Below, piece by piece: positions 1 through 18,870 of a DNA stretch of 64,000 nt. The stretch is taken from assembly GCF_009914755.1 (NCBI RefSeq), contig NC_060929.1; one strand, given 5' to 3'. The notes below the pieces were generated by a model, which did no database searches, was not told where the DNA came from, and was given only the letters and a program-made list of their open reading frames with translations. This stretch comes from the human T2T-CHM13v2.0 reference genome, Homo sapiens. Made by a program: the position numbers and the translations under genes. Position 1 is the stretch's first letter, and each line of letters begins with the position of its first letter.

Positions 1-700
1 ACAAAGCTAGAGGACCCATGCTATTAAATTTCAAAATATACTACAAAGCTATAGTAATCAAAACAGCATGGAACGACCATAAAAGTAGACACACTAAACA
101 ATGGATAGGATAGACAGCCCAGAAATAAACCCACACATATATGATTTTCAACAAAGGTGCCAAGAATCTACAATGGGGAAAGAACAGTATCTTCAATAAA
201 TGGTGCTGGGAAAACTGGATATTCACATGCACAGAAATGAAAGTGGATCCTTAGCTCATCCCCTATACAAGAGTCAACTCAAAATTCATTAAATACTTTA
301 ATGTAATACCCAAAACTAAAACTACTAGAAGAAAACAGAGGGGGAAGAAAGAGCTCCATAACATTGATCTGGACAATAATTTCTTGGGTATAACCCCAAA
401 ATCACAAGCAGCCAAAGCAAAAATAGACAAATGGGACAATACCAAACTAAAAAGCTTTGCACAGAAAAACAAAACAAAACAAAACAAACAAAAAAAACCA
501 GAGTGAAGTGACATGGAAAGAGAGAAAATATTTGCAAATCATATATCTGATAAGGGACTAAAACTTGAAATATGCTAGGAACTCAAACACATCAATAGCA
601 AGGAAACAATAAACCAACTAAACAGTGGGCAAAGGACTTGAATAAAGATTTCTTAAAAGAAGACACACAAATGGCCAATACATACATGAAAAAATGTTGA
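1..700 (+). mobile_element. Old L1 (L1MA/MB-type) ORF2 3' fragment
   Basis: Degenerate ORF2-end sequence (ctacaaagctatagtaatcaaaacagcatgg; aataaatggtgctgggaaaactggatattcacatgc). Begins before the window. Confidence 0.85.
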
Positions 701-1783
701 AAGTTATGTTAAGCAGTGGATATTTATTAAATACGTAGATCATTTCTAGCTAAGAAACTACTGAAACATTCATTGCTAAACCTAAATTTGAGCTCATATA
801 ATTTTGGCTTCTAATTTTTATAGAAATATTAATATTATTAATTACTAAACGTGGAATTTTTCAATTCCACATTGAAAAATTGCACTATTACAGCATATTT
901 ATAAAATTTGCTAATCTTCTATAAAATTCTTATATATGACAGATAAATCACAACAATCTACTTTCTCATTTTCTCTGTAAAAGAAAGGTTACTAATGATT
1001 GAACATTATAATCAATATATGTGCATAAAAACACTAGAAATAATGAGGGTGAAGGGAAGCAACATTGCATACATGAAAAGTATGCAAGGAATATTGTGTG
1101 TGTTTCTATTCAGGGGGAAAATAAAGGGTAACTTTATCCTTAAGTAAAATGAACAAGTTGATTTCAGTTACACAAAGTAAAATGTTACTTTTGTCATACC
1201 CGAGTATTATTACCATAAATAATAGTACCATAATATAAGCAATGAAGAGCCAATGGAGGACTTGAGTAGGGCAACAAGATCAGATTTGTATTTGGATTTG
1301 TGTCCACCATTCAGGTAATATCTGTACATAAATAAAATGGATAAACTACCCTGCAAGTCAAAAAGAAGGCCCATCATATTCATGTATAAAGGAACTATAT
1401 TATAAAAATATTACTTTTCCAAAATTTATGTGACTCCTTCATCAAAATTAGGTGTTTTTTTTTTGGTGGACTAGATACAATGTCTCTAAATTACATCTGT
1501 GAAGACACATTTTTAAAAATATCCAAGAACACAGTAAACAACCGAATAAAAAAGGGATGGGTGGACTACTTTATTTCACCTTATATCTATTTATTTACTG
1601 AATACTTACCATGTGGCAAATTCAATGCTCTTCACTGTGATTACAAGGTAAAAATTATTAACAGATATAGGCAAGGCCTTTTCCTTAACAGAGCCTATAT
1701 TCTAATAAATTAGAAGGCAGTATTTTGAAGAGATTAAAATCACTGGCTTTGGGAAAAGCAAGATTTAATGAAAGGAAGAGGGG

Positions 1784-1819
<36 letters not shown>

Positions 1820-2965
1820 AGAAAGGTGAAATGTGTTATACAAGGCATCCATGGTAAGGTTCTAAGAAGACTGTTGGAGGATAAATTGAAGGGATTTTTT
1901 TTTTCTAAACTTAGAGCAAATGTAGAGATAGCAAGTCAACATGGTCTTTGGCATGAATGTCATCTCTGTCCATTCTAGCATGGTTAGTAGCTAGTTGGTA
2001 GCTCCAGCAAATGAATTATCCCTTTGAGTTATCCCTATCTCAGTTTCTTTTTCTCTTATACAAGACTCAGAGTGGTATATACCTCACAGGATTATTATGA
2101 GGAGTAAATATGATGAGAAATGTAAACTCCATAGCCAGGTGCCGACAGAATGAAAAGAATGAATGAAGGTGTAGATCCCCAAGTAAGTTGATATGGAGTG
2201 AAGAATAAAAACAGAGGAAAAAAACGTAGATCATAAAAATTCCAGAATTTTAAAGTAAAAGGGAAAATAGTGGACAGGGCTTGTTCATCCTGAAGTTTGT
2301 TTACTCAGCAATGAAGAGATGAAGTTTTCCACTCAAAGTCATGTGGGTGGAATGGGATCAGATAGTGGAAATAAATTGCATAAAACAAAGAAAATGGTAT
2401 GGGACATGTGGCATAAAGTAGGGACATGACATTAAATCAGAAGCTTTCACTGGAGTCTAAAGAGCTTAGGTAAATAATGATGTTAGCAGGATCACAGAGT
2501 CCCCTGTATGGAACTTTTTCTATCTTTCTCCACAACCAAGGTCTGGAGCAGGAAAATAAGAAGCTGAATTTATCCCAACTTGGAAGAAAGAAGGAAAAAT
2601 AGAGAGCAGGACATCAAGAGAGGATGGACGTGTTAAGGAGCTAATTATTAACGTCAGACTGTGGAATTCAAGCTAGTACAGGAACACAAAGCCACAAAAG
2701 AGTGCTAACTACTCTAGGAGAGATTAAAGCCTGTGAAATAGAACTTTTCCAGATAATGGCGAGTTTTTAGGCTTGCTCATGCTGAAGCTTAATATAAGCT
2801 AATAAGTAGAGAAATTAGGAGGCTTGGATATTGCAAACTTTATTGGTTGGGGTGTTACCCAGGCTAATAGAAAAAAAATTATATCCTAGAAAGACAGAAC
2901 AGGTGCGACTTCTGAGAAGAAAGGTTAGAGAAGACTAGAAAGGCTGGGACCACCTTGAATTTGGC

Positions 2966-2996
2966 ACACACACACACACACCCACACGCACACACA
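2966..2996. repeat. Imperfect (CA)n microsatellite
   Basis: cacacacacacacacacccacacgcacacac read directly. Confidence 0.9.
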
Positions 2997-3239
2997 AAAT
3001 CACCAAATGATCTGGAATGTGGTAGGTCATTAATCTGCTTTGCAAATGTCAGAACTTTAGGATCCCAGTACTTCTTGTTCTCAGGATCCACAACCAGAAA
3101 TCACAAGTACAGAACCTCCAGGTCTGTCTCTTCCTGCTGGAACAGGACACATCAGAGGGGTTGGTTCCGGAGAGGGATCAAACTCAGAAACAGCCATTAA
3201 AGTAAACTCATGCCAAGCAATTGGTCACTCAGCTATGCG

Positions 3240-3250
3240 ATGAGTCAGCC
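3240..3250 (+). promoter_or_regulatory. AP-1 / ARE(NF-E2)-like site ATGAGTCAGCC
   Basis: Perfect TGAGTCA at 3241-3247 followed by GC, just upstream of the candidate SPINK13 non-coding exon. Motif only. Confidence 0.45.
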
Positions 3251-3273
3251 TCCACTGCTGTACGTCCTTGGCT

Positions 3274-3358
3274 ACAGACTCCTGGAACAGCAGCTCTTCT
3301 CAAGGCTAGTTGTGACAGACTCCTGGAACAGCAGCTCTTCTCAAGGCTAGTTGTGACA
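3274..3358. repeat. Perfect 41-bp tandem duplication
   Basis: acagactcctggaacagcagctcttctcaaggctagttgtg at 3274-3314 and 3315-3355, followed by aca. Confidence 0.97.
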
Positions 3359-3402
3359 TCCAAAGTGACAAGAGCAGGCCCATATTCAGCCACCTCATCC
3401 AG
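3275..3402 (+). other. SPINK13: Candidate non-coding 5' exon of SPINK13 (start approximate)
   Basis: Donor CCAG|GTAACC at 3402/3403. A matching acceptor ttcacag|g at 4553/4554 lies 33 nt before the ATG. The start site cannot be read from sequence. Confidence 0.55.
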
Positions 3403-4438
3403 GTAACCACTCTTTGACTTCTCTCTCCTTAGTCCAAGTCAGCGGTGGGATCTCTTCAGCCTTCCTCTCTGTCAGTGGGTTTCCCTCTTTTTCCTCTAAC
3501 ACCCTCCTTTTGTTTCCTCTGCATATTAAAGTAGAGAAAATGTCACACTTATTTATGGTTCTCCTTCATTTCTCTTTATGCCCCTGCTACAATTTTGAAA
3601 GGAGACAGAATGGATAGAGTAGGGCGTGAGCAAGTTAAGGAAATGGACGGGGAAGGTATCTTCTCCCTGGGCCTAAATATTTCACTCCTAGCAAAGAAAA
3701 GTTGGGCTAAACAAATTGTCAATTTAATATGTTTAAACTCTACTTATATTAATATCAGTTGATTCTTTCAATATCCTATGAAGTTCATACTTTCTGAGGC
3801 CTACACTTCTCAGAGACATTAAACCAAGAATTTGAACTGCCATCTCTCTAACTCCAAACTCTGATTTCTAGCATCTCACTCAATTCAAGGTCATATGTCA
3901 TATGTTTTTTGTTTTTTTTTCTGATTCTTGCATCAGGGAAGGTATACACAATTTTTATTAAGCATGACCAACAATTCTATTTTTAACCCATTCTTTATAT
4001 TTGAGCCCATGTGACTGACCTGGCAAAGAGAAATTTAGCTGGGAAATAAAGGGCTTAAGTGTGGGAGAAACTGGTCCATCTCAGGGAATCACATGTTATA
4101 GGGTTATATGTCCAAGATTGTACAGGACAGCTCTCAGTTTACACCTGTTACCTCAGAATTCTTATGAATTCTTTACATGTCTGTATTCACTAACAAGAAG
4201 GCAGCAGCTTAGGTAATTAACAGCGAGATAATTAGATAATTGTAGGGTGAACCTATGTATAGGTAATAGACTTTGAGTCAGCCCTGATGAATATTGGGCC
4301 TAATTTTTCTTCCAGGCCAGAACTGTGATTGTCAGCTAGTTTTTGGCAGAAAAAAAAAAGTCATTTTTTTATGTTTTTCATCTTCCTCTTGAAAGCAAAA
4401 GGGCTCTCTCAGGCCTGAGTTCCTGGAGACCAGGTCAG

Positions 4439-4444
4439 TATAAA
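4439..4444 (+). promoter_or_regulatory. TATAAA, possible proximal SPINK13 promoter
   Basis: TATAAA about 148 nt upstream of the ATG, with a second TGAGTCAGCC at 4274-4283. Confidence 0.4.
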
Positions 4445-4586
4445 TCACCAGGGCAAGTGTACAGGAATGGTATCACCTTAGGGTATTGTGTTCTCTCACA
4501 TTGGAAAAGCTAGCTGTGGGGGAAACTAAAAACAATCTTGGGCATGTTCACAGGCCTTATCAAAGAAGAGTCTTATATGAGATCAA

Positions 4587-4656
4587 ATGGCTGCCTTTCC
4601 CCACAAGATTATATTTTTCCTGGTATGCTCTACTTTGACACATGTGGCTTTCTCAG
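4587..4656 (+). CDS. SPINK13: SPINK13 coding exon 1 (signal peptide MAAFPHKIIFFLVCSTLTHVAFS)
   Basis: ATG at 4587, hydrophobic leader, phase-1 donor G|GTGAGT, 70 nt. Confidence 0.96.
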
Positions 4657-5132
4657 GTGAGTAACCTAAGAGGTTTTGGGAGATAAACTCTGATTTTCTT
4701 AAAGTTATAGGAAAGAAAACGAGTAATTTTTTACTTTTATGGGAAATATTTTGCTGAAATGTAAGCCAGTGCAGTCCAAACTGGGTATAATTAAAATGTA
4801 TATTCTTAAATAGAAAAACCAGACTTGTTTTCTACATGGTGGAGTCACAACCTCGTGTCTATTCTGTCAATTCAAAAGAAATCCTCTAGAGCAGAGAAAA
4901 TTGTGATTTTTTTATTGTAAGCAATATACAGTATAATTATTATTTTTCCTAGAAAAAATGATGCATTTTCTTATGGATTTCAAATATGATAAATGATATG
5001 ATAAATATGATAATGAAAAATAAGCCAATGAAAAAAGCTATTTCTGTGATTGATGTTGGGTTGATATGTGTCTTTAGAGTTCAGTAGTAAAAATCATGAA
5101 TGTATAAAAACAAAACCTATGTTACCTGCTAA

Positions 5133-5591
5133 TTATAGATGGAATAATGCCTCCCCAAAATATCCAAGTCCTAATCACTGGAACCTGTGAATATGTTGAC
5201 TTGCATGGCACAGGGGACTTTGCAGATGTAATTTAGTTAAGGATCCTAAGATTGAAAAATTATACTGGACTATTCAGGTGGAACAATATAATCACAAGGA
5301 TTCTTATCAGAGGGAGGCAGGAGGGCCCAAGTCAGAGAAGATGTGACAATGGAAGCAGAAGTTAGAATGGTGCAGTAAAAGGGCCATGGGCCGAGGAACT
5401 CAGACAGCCTGTAGAAGCTGGAAAAGGTAAGGAAATTAATTCTTCCTTAGAAACTCCAGGAGGAATGCATCACTGCTGACATCTTGACTTTAGGACTTCT
5501 CACCTCCAGAATTGTAAGATAATAAATTTGTGTTTTGTTAAGTCACTAAGTTTGTGACAATTCATTACAACAGCAATAAGAAAATAGTACA
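5133..5591 (+). mobile_element. MaLR LTR (MLT1C/D-like)
   Basis: cctaatcactggaacctgtgaatatgtt...ggactttgcagatgt...aataaatttgtgttttgttaagtcactaagtttgtg...aatagtaca. Confidence 0.85.
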
Positions 5592-6152
5592 CCTGCAAAT
5601 AAATTACAGATTAGTAAAGCAGACACTATAACCTCATGTTTGCATTTCCAGATCATCCTTAAATACATGGTACAAAGTAAATGCTCAGTAAATGAATGTT
5701 TAAAAATGTAGCTATTATCAATTGATTGCCTGCTATGTGTAGGTTCTCTGTGATATACTTTATTATTTTAAATATGCCTCAGTTGGATAGAATTGGATTA
5801 ATCACAATACTTGGTTCAATAAATTTCATTGGGTTCAATCAAAAAGCACCATGAATATATCATTCTTGCAAAAATCTAGACTACTGACAAAAGTTCAAAT
5901 CCAGTAATGTAGTATTCAATCAACCAATTCTCTTGTCTATCTTCATCCAAGAAAAACACAATTCTACATCTTTTTTTAAATTTATTTTTTCCCAAAATTC
6001 TTACTTCAGTTTCAGTCATTCTAAATCTTGTGTCCATTCTTCTCATGCTCTTATTTTTAATATAGTCTTTTATTTATACACATCATGGAAAATATATTTT
6101 TATAATTATTTTAACATTTATGTAACATTTATATAACTTGTCATAAAGGACT

Positions 6153-6436
6153 TTTTGTTTTGTTTTGTTCTGTTGGAGACAGAGTCTCACTCTGTCGCCC
6201 AGGCTGGAGTGCACTGCAAGCTCCGCCTCCCGGATTCACGCCGTTCTCCTGCCTCAGCCTCCCGAGTAGCTGGCACTACAGGCGCCCGCCACCACGCCTG
6301 GCTAATTTTTTGTATTTTTAGTAGAGACGAGGTTTCACCATGTTAGCCAGGATGGTCTCCATCTCCTGACCTCGTGATCCGCCCGCCTGGCCTCCCAAAG
6401 TGCTGGGATTACAGGCGTGAGCCACCACGCCTGGCC
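6153..6436 (-). mobile_element. AluY-like, with a roughly 20-bp internal deletion
   Basis: Reverse Alu with cactgcaagctccgcctccc. ggagtgca joins directly to ctgcaagc. Confidence 0.93.
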
Positions 6437-6439
6437 TAT

Positions 6440-8040
6440 TATTAGGACTTTGTAGTTCAATACTATATGAAGAGAATATTTTCATCTTTTGAAATTTGCT
6501 TTTTCCTACATATTGTTTAAATTTATAAATATTCATGTGTGCAGTTGTTCATTTAGTTTCATTGATGAATAATATCACATCAATGAATAATATCCCAATG
6601 TGCGACCATACCCTAATTTCATTACTCTTTTGTTGATGGACATTTGGTTTGCTTACAAATTTATGATGTTAAGAGCAGAGCTGGTAGAAATATTCTTATA
6701 CATGTTTTTTGATGCACGTGAACGAGAGTTTCTCTTAGGTATATATCTGGAGTATATAGCAAGAGTAGAGTTGCTATGCTACAATGTGTGTGAATTTTCT
6801 ATAATAGAAGATAATGCCAGATGGTTCTCCAAAGTTACTGCATGAACTAATAACTTTTCATTAGAAAATTAAAATTTAAAAAATATTAGATAATAAAAAA
6901 GTTTCAGATGATGGTGCAATATATAAATTGAGATTCTTTTTTTGTTTTCCTTCCAGAAGCCCAATTGTTTTAGTATGGTTTGTGGAAAGGATGATTCTTT
7001 TTCCCCTAAATTGTTCTTTCCCCTTTGCCAAAGAGAACTTGTCCATAGAAGTGTATATTTTTGAACTTCTTAGATGCCTATATTTCTGGACTCTATCCTT
7101 TTCACTGATCTATTTGTTTATCTTTATGCCAATCTGTTATGAAAATGTCAGACCTTTAGGATGTCAATACTTCCTGTTCTCAGGATCCACACCAGAAATC
7201 ACAAGTACAGAACCTTCAGGTCTGTCTTTAACAAATTAACTAAACCATATTTTAAAAGAAAAATATGTTTACACCAAAATGGGAGGAATGGAACTAACCC
7301 AACTTATCTTTGAATCTATTAGTTGAACTATATATTCTTATTCTAAAGACAAAAAAGTCATTTATACATTGAACTCTAATTTGTAGGCTTACATTTTGCA
7401 AAAGCATGGAATAAGAATTCTGTAAATGCAAATATAGTTTTGTTCAATATTGCCAAATTTTACTTCATAAACATTCTTCCAATTTGGATTCCCACCAGGA
7501 ACCTCTTTCTCAACAGCTAATCTGATACGTGATAAATGGTATTTCCATATAGTTTTAATTAGCATTTTTCTTAGCATGAGTAAGGCTGAATTTCCTTTAG
7601 AGATTTAAGGGTCATTTCTGTATCTTTTTGAGTATGTATGCTTGCATAAATTATATTTGCATGCATATTGTCTGCTCTTCAGTTAGGTTTCTTATTTTTT
7701 TCTTCCCTCAATTTTAATGAGTTCTTTATAAATTATGCCCTTTATCAAAAATCTTTTTAGATTGTATATGTTTATTTTTTGCCAGGAAGTTGTTTTCATT
7801 TTTAAGTAAAAAAAAATGCATCTGTGTTTTCTGTTATTGTATTTAGATTAATGAATCTTTATGATGAAAAAGGAATTATGTCATTTTAATTATTGTATAG
7901 TTTTATTTTTTTATGTTTAAATCCTGATTCATTTGGAGTTAATTCTTATGTATGATGTGCAGTATATACATGTAATTTTGTTTCATTTTTACTAGATGAA
8001 GACCTTTATTTTTCTTTTCTTATAACTATATCCAGCTACT
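6440..8040 (-). mobile_element. Mosaic of old L1M fragments (boundaries approximate)
   Basis: Degenerate L1 3'/ORF2 text such as ttgatggacatttggtttg, atttctggactctatcc and ggtatttccatatagttttaatt. Confidence 0.55.
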
Positions 8041-8860
8041 TTTGTCATAAAAATATTCTGACCTTTCAGAAGTAGATAAAAGCATTCTATCTTTTTTGTT
8101 CTCTGAAAGAGTGTACATGTAATCAGCAAGACCTATTCCTCGAAAGGTTAGTAGTCTTTTCTTTGTGGGAAGATTTCTAAATATCGTGCAGAATTTTTCT
8201 TTTACCTTCTGAAAATTCTAACTTTTGGAAAGTCAGAATATTCTATGATATTTTAAATATCACTTAACAGTGACAGATAAGTAAGAGCATAATACAATAA
8301 GTACTTTCTTATTTCATTTTCCCACAGGCAGCTAGTCACCCTCTGTCCCAGGCAACACCAGCACCCCTCATACAACCAACCCATAAAGTCAGTATCCTGA
8401 AAGCCAGGGAACTCCCTCAGTTTTCTTATCATAACTGTGCCCACTTTAATTCAGCATCTTGGTAGGAACTGGCCTGATACATTACTTACTATATCATATT
8501 TACTTTTTTAAATTTTAAAAATGCATGTAATTACCCCAATTGCAGTGAAGAGGAAGCTAAAGCCAATAAAAGTGAAAATAAATAAATACAATTATTTTAA
8601 GTTATATATACAACCTCAGTTTTTACTCTTTCCTCACTGATACAGCAAATTTATAAATAAAATCAATACTGTGAAAAAGAAAAAGTGGATAAAGTAATTT
8701 AAAAAGGAATGTTACTGCAAATTCTATTGCTATTAAAATTCTTTTGTATATATTTTCATTATTCAATTTTACATTATTCAATCAGTGACTTCAGTAGGTG
8801 ATGTTATATCCCATGGAGAACTATTTCCTTTAACTTACTGTGTTTATTCTTTATTAGCAG

Positions 8861-8898
8861 GAATTTTCAATAAACGTGACTTCACTAGGTGGCCTAAG
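8861..8898 (+). CDS. SPINK13: SPINK13 coding exon 2 ((G)IFNKRDFTRWPK)
   Basis: Acceptor ttattagcag|, donor AAG|GTAAAT, 38 nt, phase 1 to 0. Confidence 0.93.
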
Positions 8899-8980
8899 GT
8901 AAATTTAAATTTCTCAGTTCTAGGTTGTAATTCTAGTCTAATCACTCTCCAGACATGAGAGATCTAAAACTTCATGGAAA

Positions 8981-9275
8981 GTCAGGCACAGTGGCTCATG
9001 CCTGTAATTCCAGAACTTAGGGAAGCTGAGGCAGGAGGATCACCTGAGCCCAGGAGTTCAAGGTCGGCCTGAGCAACATAGGAAGATCCTGTGTCTAAAA
9101 AAATACAAAAATTAGCCAGGTGTGGTGGGGCAAGGCTGTAGCCAGCTACATGGGAGGTTGAGTTGGGAGGGTCACTTGAGGCCAGGAGTTGGAAACTGCA
9201 GTGAGCCATAATGGCACTACTGCACTCCAGCCTGGGCAACAGAGTGAAACCCTGTCTATAAATAAATAAATAAAT
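8981..9275 (+). mobile_element. AluJ-like
   Basis: Divergent Alu dimer with an (AAAT)n tail, flanked by cttcatgga at 8970-8978 and 9276-9284. Confidence 0.9.
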
Positions 9276-9528
9276 CTTCATGGAGGTAAAGCAGAATAGA
9301 AGGATTCTATGTGACCTTGCACATAGACCTCTCCATACTTAGATTGTCTCCCATGTAGCACAAGCTTTAAAATATAATATTTTAGTAAAATAAATATCTT
9401 TATAGTCAAATAAGATATTGAGTAAATATATCTCTGATCATTAAGTAAAATAATACCTGCCATGTGTTCAAAGTCACAAAGCTAAACCGTGGTAAATCCA
9501 GGGTTTATTCTCAGTTTTAATAAGTTTT

Positions 9529-16257
<6,729 letters not shown>

Positions 16258-16617
16258 CAGTTTTAATAAGTTTTAATACAAAATCCTTATTCTGACCAAT
16301 GACACTTGAGGTCTGTCCTCTAGAAGTTCACAAACACATAAGTATCTCCACTCATAAACATCCTACTGGAACTGAAACATGAAGGTTAAACAGGGATATT
16401 AAAATGGTTATGACTTGAAGAGATGATAGGATGGGTGGGGACACTACAATCAGAAAAAGAAACTGGCCTGACAGAAGGCCACAGAACAGTGAATCCTTGA
16501 TAAGATCAATTGACTGGTATGATTTAATATTATTTTTTAAGTGGGGCAGAAGTGACAGGAAGAAATAGATGGGAGAGAGTGTATTATTTGTCACTTTATG
16601 GTGTCATGTATTTGCAG

Positions 16618-16745
16618 CCCCGATGTAAAATGTATATCCCACTGGACCCTGATTACAATGCAGACTGCCCCAATGTGACAGCACCTGTTTGTGCCTCAAA
16701 TGGCCACACTTTCCAGAATGAGTGTTTCTTTTGTGTTGAACAGAG
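16618..16745 (+). CDS. SPINK13: SPINK13 coding exon 3 (Kazal core PRCKMYIPLDPDYNADCPNVTAPVCASNGHTFQNECFFCVEQ)
   Basis: Acceptor tttgcag|, donor AG|GTAAGT, five Kazal cysteines, 128 nt, phase 0 to 2. Confidence 0.98.
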
Positions 16746-17419
16746 GTAAGTTCAGAATAAAATGCCATTATTTTTTCCCTCTACTTCTTCACAGAAATTT
16801 CAAAGAAACATAGTCAAGGAATTGGGTTTTACTGATGCATACTTTTTTTAAAAAAATAGCCTCATTATTTACAAAAACTGGGGACAGACTACAGAGAGAG
16901 TGAAGAAAGTCTCCTAGAATTTAGTTAGTATTCAAAGTTGAATCATTTAAAAAAGAAAAAAGGCTTACATAATGTTCTGGGAGAACTGTACAGAGATTAT
17001 ATTTGTAGGTAATCTGTAGATTATATTCAAGCAATAAATGGAAATCTAGTTATTTAAAAAAAACACTGAACTTTTTTTATATGTCACATTGACAAACCTA
17101 TGAATAGCACCTATCAGTGTTTGGTAGCTATTAAGAGATGTAGAAAAAGATGCAGATGCAGCTATAGCCATAGACAAACGTATAAACATAGATGCAGGTA
17201 TAGATACACACACGAGTAGCAAAGGGTGGTCTTACATGCATAAAAATTGACAGTCAACTTTTCATATTGTTTTTGCCTTTCAAATAAATTCAGTAGGAAA
17301 TTTAGACTAAAGAATTAATAATATTCCTTACAATGTATATTTAGCTCCATTCAAAATTGTTTTCACAAATCAGCCCTGTGTCTTGTCAGTTAACTTCTTC
17401 ATGACCTGTGAGATCTTCT

Positions 17420-18003
17420 CTGTTGAGGTTCCCCAAGACTATCTTCAGGCTTGAGGATTCAGGAGGACTCATAAAACTCAGAAAAGCTGTTATATTCATG
17501 GTAACAGTTTATTATAATGAAAGGATACAAATTAAAATCAGCAAAGACCAAAGATGCATGAGGTGGAGTCCCCGAGAGAGCAGGCACAAGTTTCCAGCTG
17601 TCTTCTCCCAGTGGACTCACAGAAGCGATACTTAATTCTCCCTGCTACCATGACAACACACATGAAGTATTGCTTACCAGGGAAGCTCACCCAAGACTTG
17701 GTGTTCAGACTCTTTAATGGGGGTCAGTCAGGTAGGCACAGAATACCTACATGGCTGATCTTAAATACTTAATCTCCAGCTCCTCCCCAGCCAGAGATCA
17801 AACTGATATGGAGTGCTCCAGGACCCTAGGTAAACAACAACAGGTGTTCATTATAAATTTCATGGCTAGCATAAACTCTTTGGCAGACCCAGGTCCTGGA
17901 TATACAAACATACCCTATTGCACAGACTATTCCAAGGGCTCGTAGGTTATCTCCCAGGAGCTGGTTTGAGCATGCCAAGCCTGCTGAGCCAACTCTTCTG
18001 CAC
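17420..18003 (-). mobile_element. ERVL/ERV1-type solo LTR (MER21/MER68/MER77-like)
   Basis: gttccccaagac...ggaggactcataaaactcagaaaagctgttatattcatgg...aaaggatacaaattaaaatcagcaaag. Confidence 0.7.
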
Positions 18004-18600
18004 AGCTTTCTTTGAAAATAATCCTCATGAGCTTCTAGTATCATGCTTTCAATGAGGATTATTCCATTTCAGAGGATAATTGAAATGTCCTTTAAAGAAA
18101 AAGAATGTAAATGTAAAAATGTAAGTTAACCAGGTCTCTACTGTTGGCTCTACTGTTCTCATTAAAAGATGAACGAGATACCAGACTATATAGAATAATT
18201 AAGTTACATTATCCTTCCTTCCTAATGCGGTTACTGTTGATTTCTTAGAAATGAGATAGTCAGAAAAGAGACTTGGAAATGTCTTTGTAGCTCTTCCATG
18301 TAATATTTCTGTTATACTCTGTGGTGTTTGTACACACACTACTAAAAAGAGCAGTGTAAGAGGGTCTTGCTGATAATGCCCTGGCCTCTGGAAAATCACA
18401 TAGATTCAAACAGACACACAATGTGGGCCGTGATCTGCCGGACTATTACTTCACAACTTCCCACAAAGATCATTCTAAGATTCCTTTCAGGCTCATCTAG
18501 GAAATGTGAGGAGGCTGTAACCTCACGGAATGGTGTTAGCAGCTCAAAGATCAGGCCTCAGATCTCCTTGGCAAAAATGGGGATGAGGTTAAAGAAACAA

Positions 18601-18870
18601 TCCCTTCTTTCCTTCCTTCCTCCCTCCCTCCCTTTCCTTCCTCTCTTCCTTCATCAATTCCTTCCTTCTTTCCTTCCTTCCTTCTTTCCTCCCTCCCTCC
18701 TTCCCTTCCTTTCCTTCCTTCCTTCCATTTTTCCTTCCTACCTTCTTTCTTCCTTCCTTGGGCTTCTAGGTCATCCTCCAGAAGCTGGTAATAATTCCTG
18801 GTGTAGTAATTCCTTCCTTCCTTCCTTCCTTCCTCCCTCTCTCCCTCTTTCCTTCTTTCCTTCCTTTCTA
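18601..18870. repeat. Compound (CCTT/CTTC)n polypyrimidine microsatellite
   Basis: Two CT-rich blocks separated by about 50 bp of unique sequence. Confidence 0.95.

Noticed and set aside
3274-3358. Direct repeats (also 55308-55360 and 56702-56772) as CRISPR-like arrays
   Set aside because: These are head-to-tail duplications with no unique spacers, in primate DNA with no cas genes.
16552-16617. N-terminal extension of the Kazal ORF in the ORF track
   Set aside because: It is intronic sequence upstream of the tttgcag acceptor. The true N-terminus comes from the exons at 4587 and 8861.
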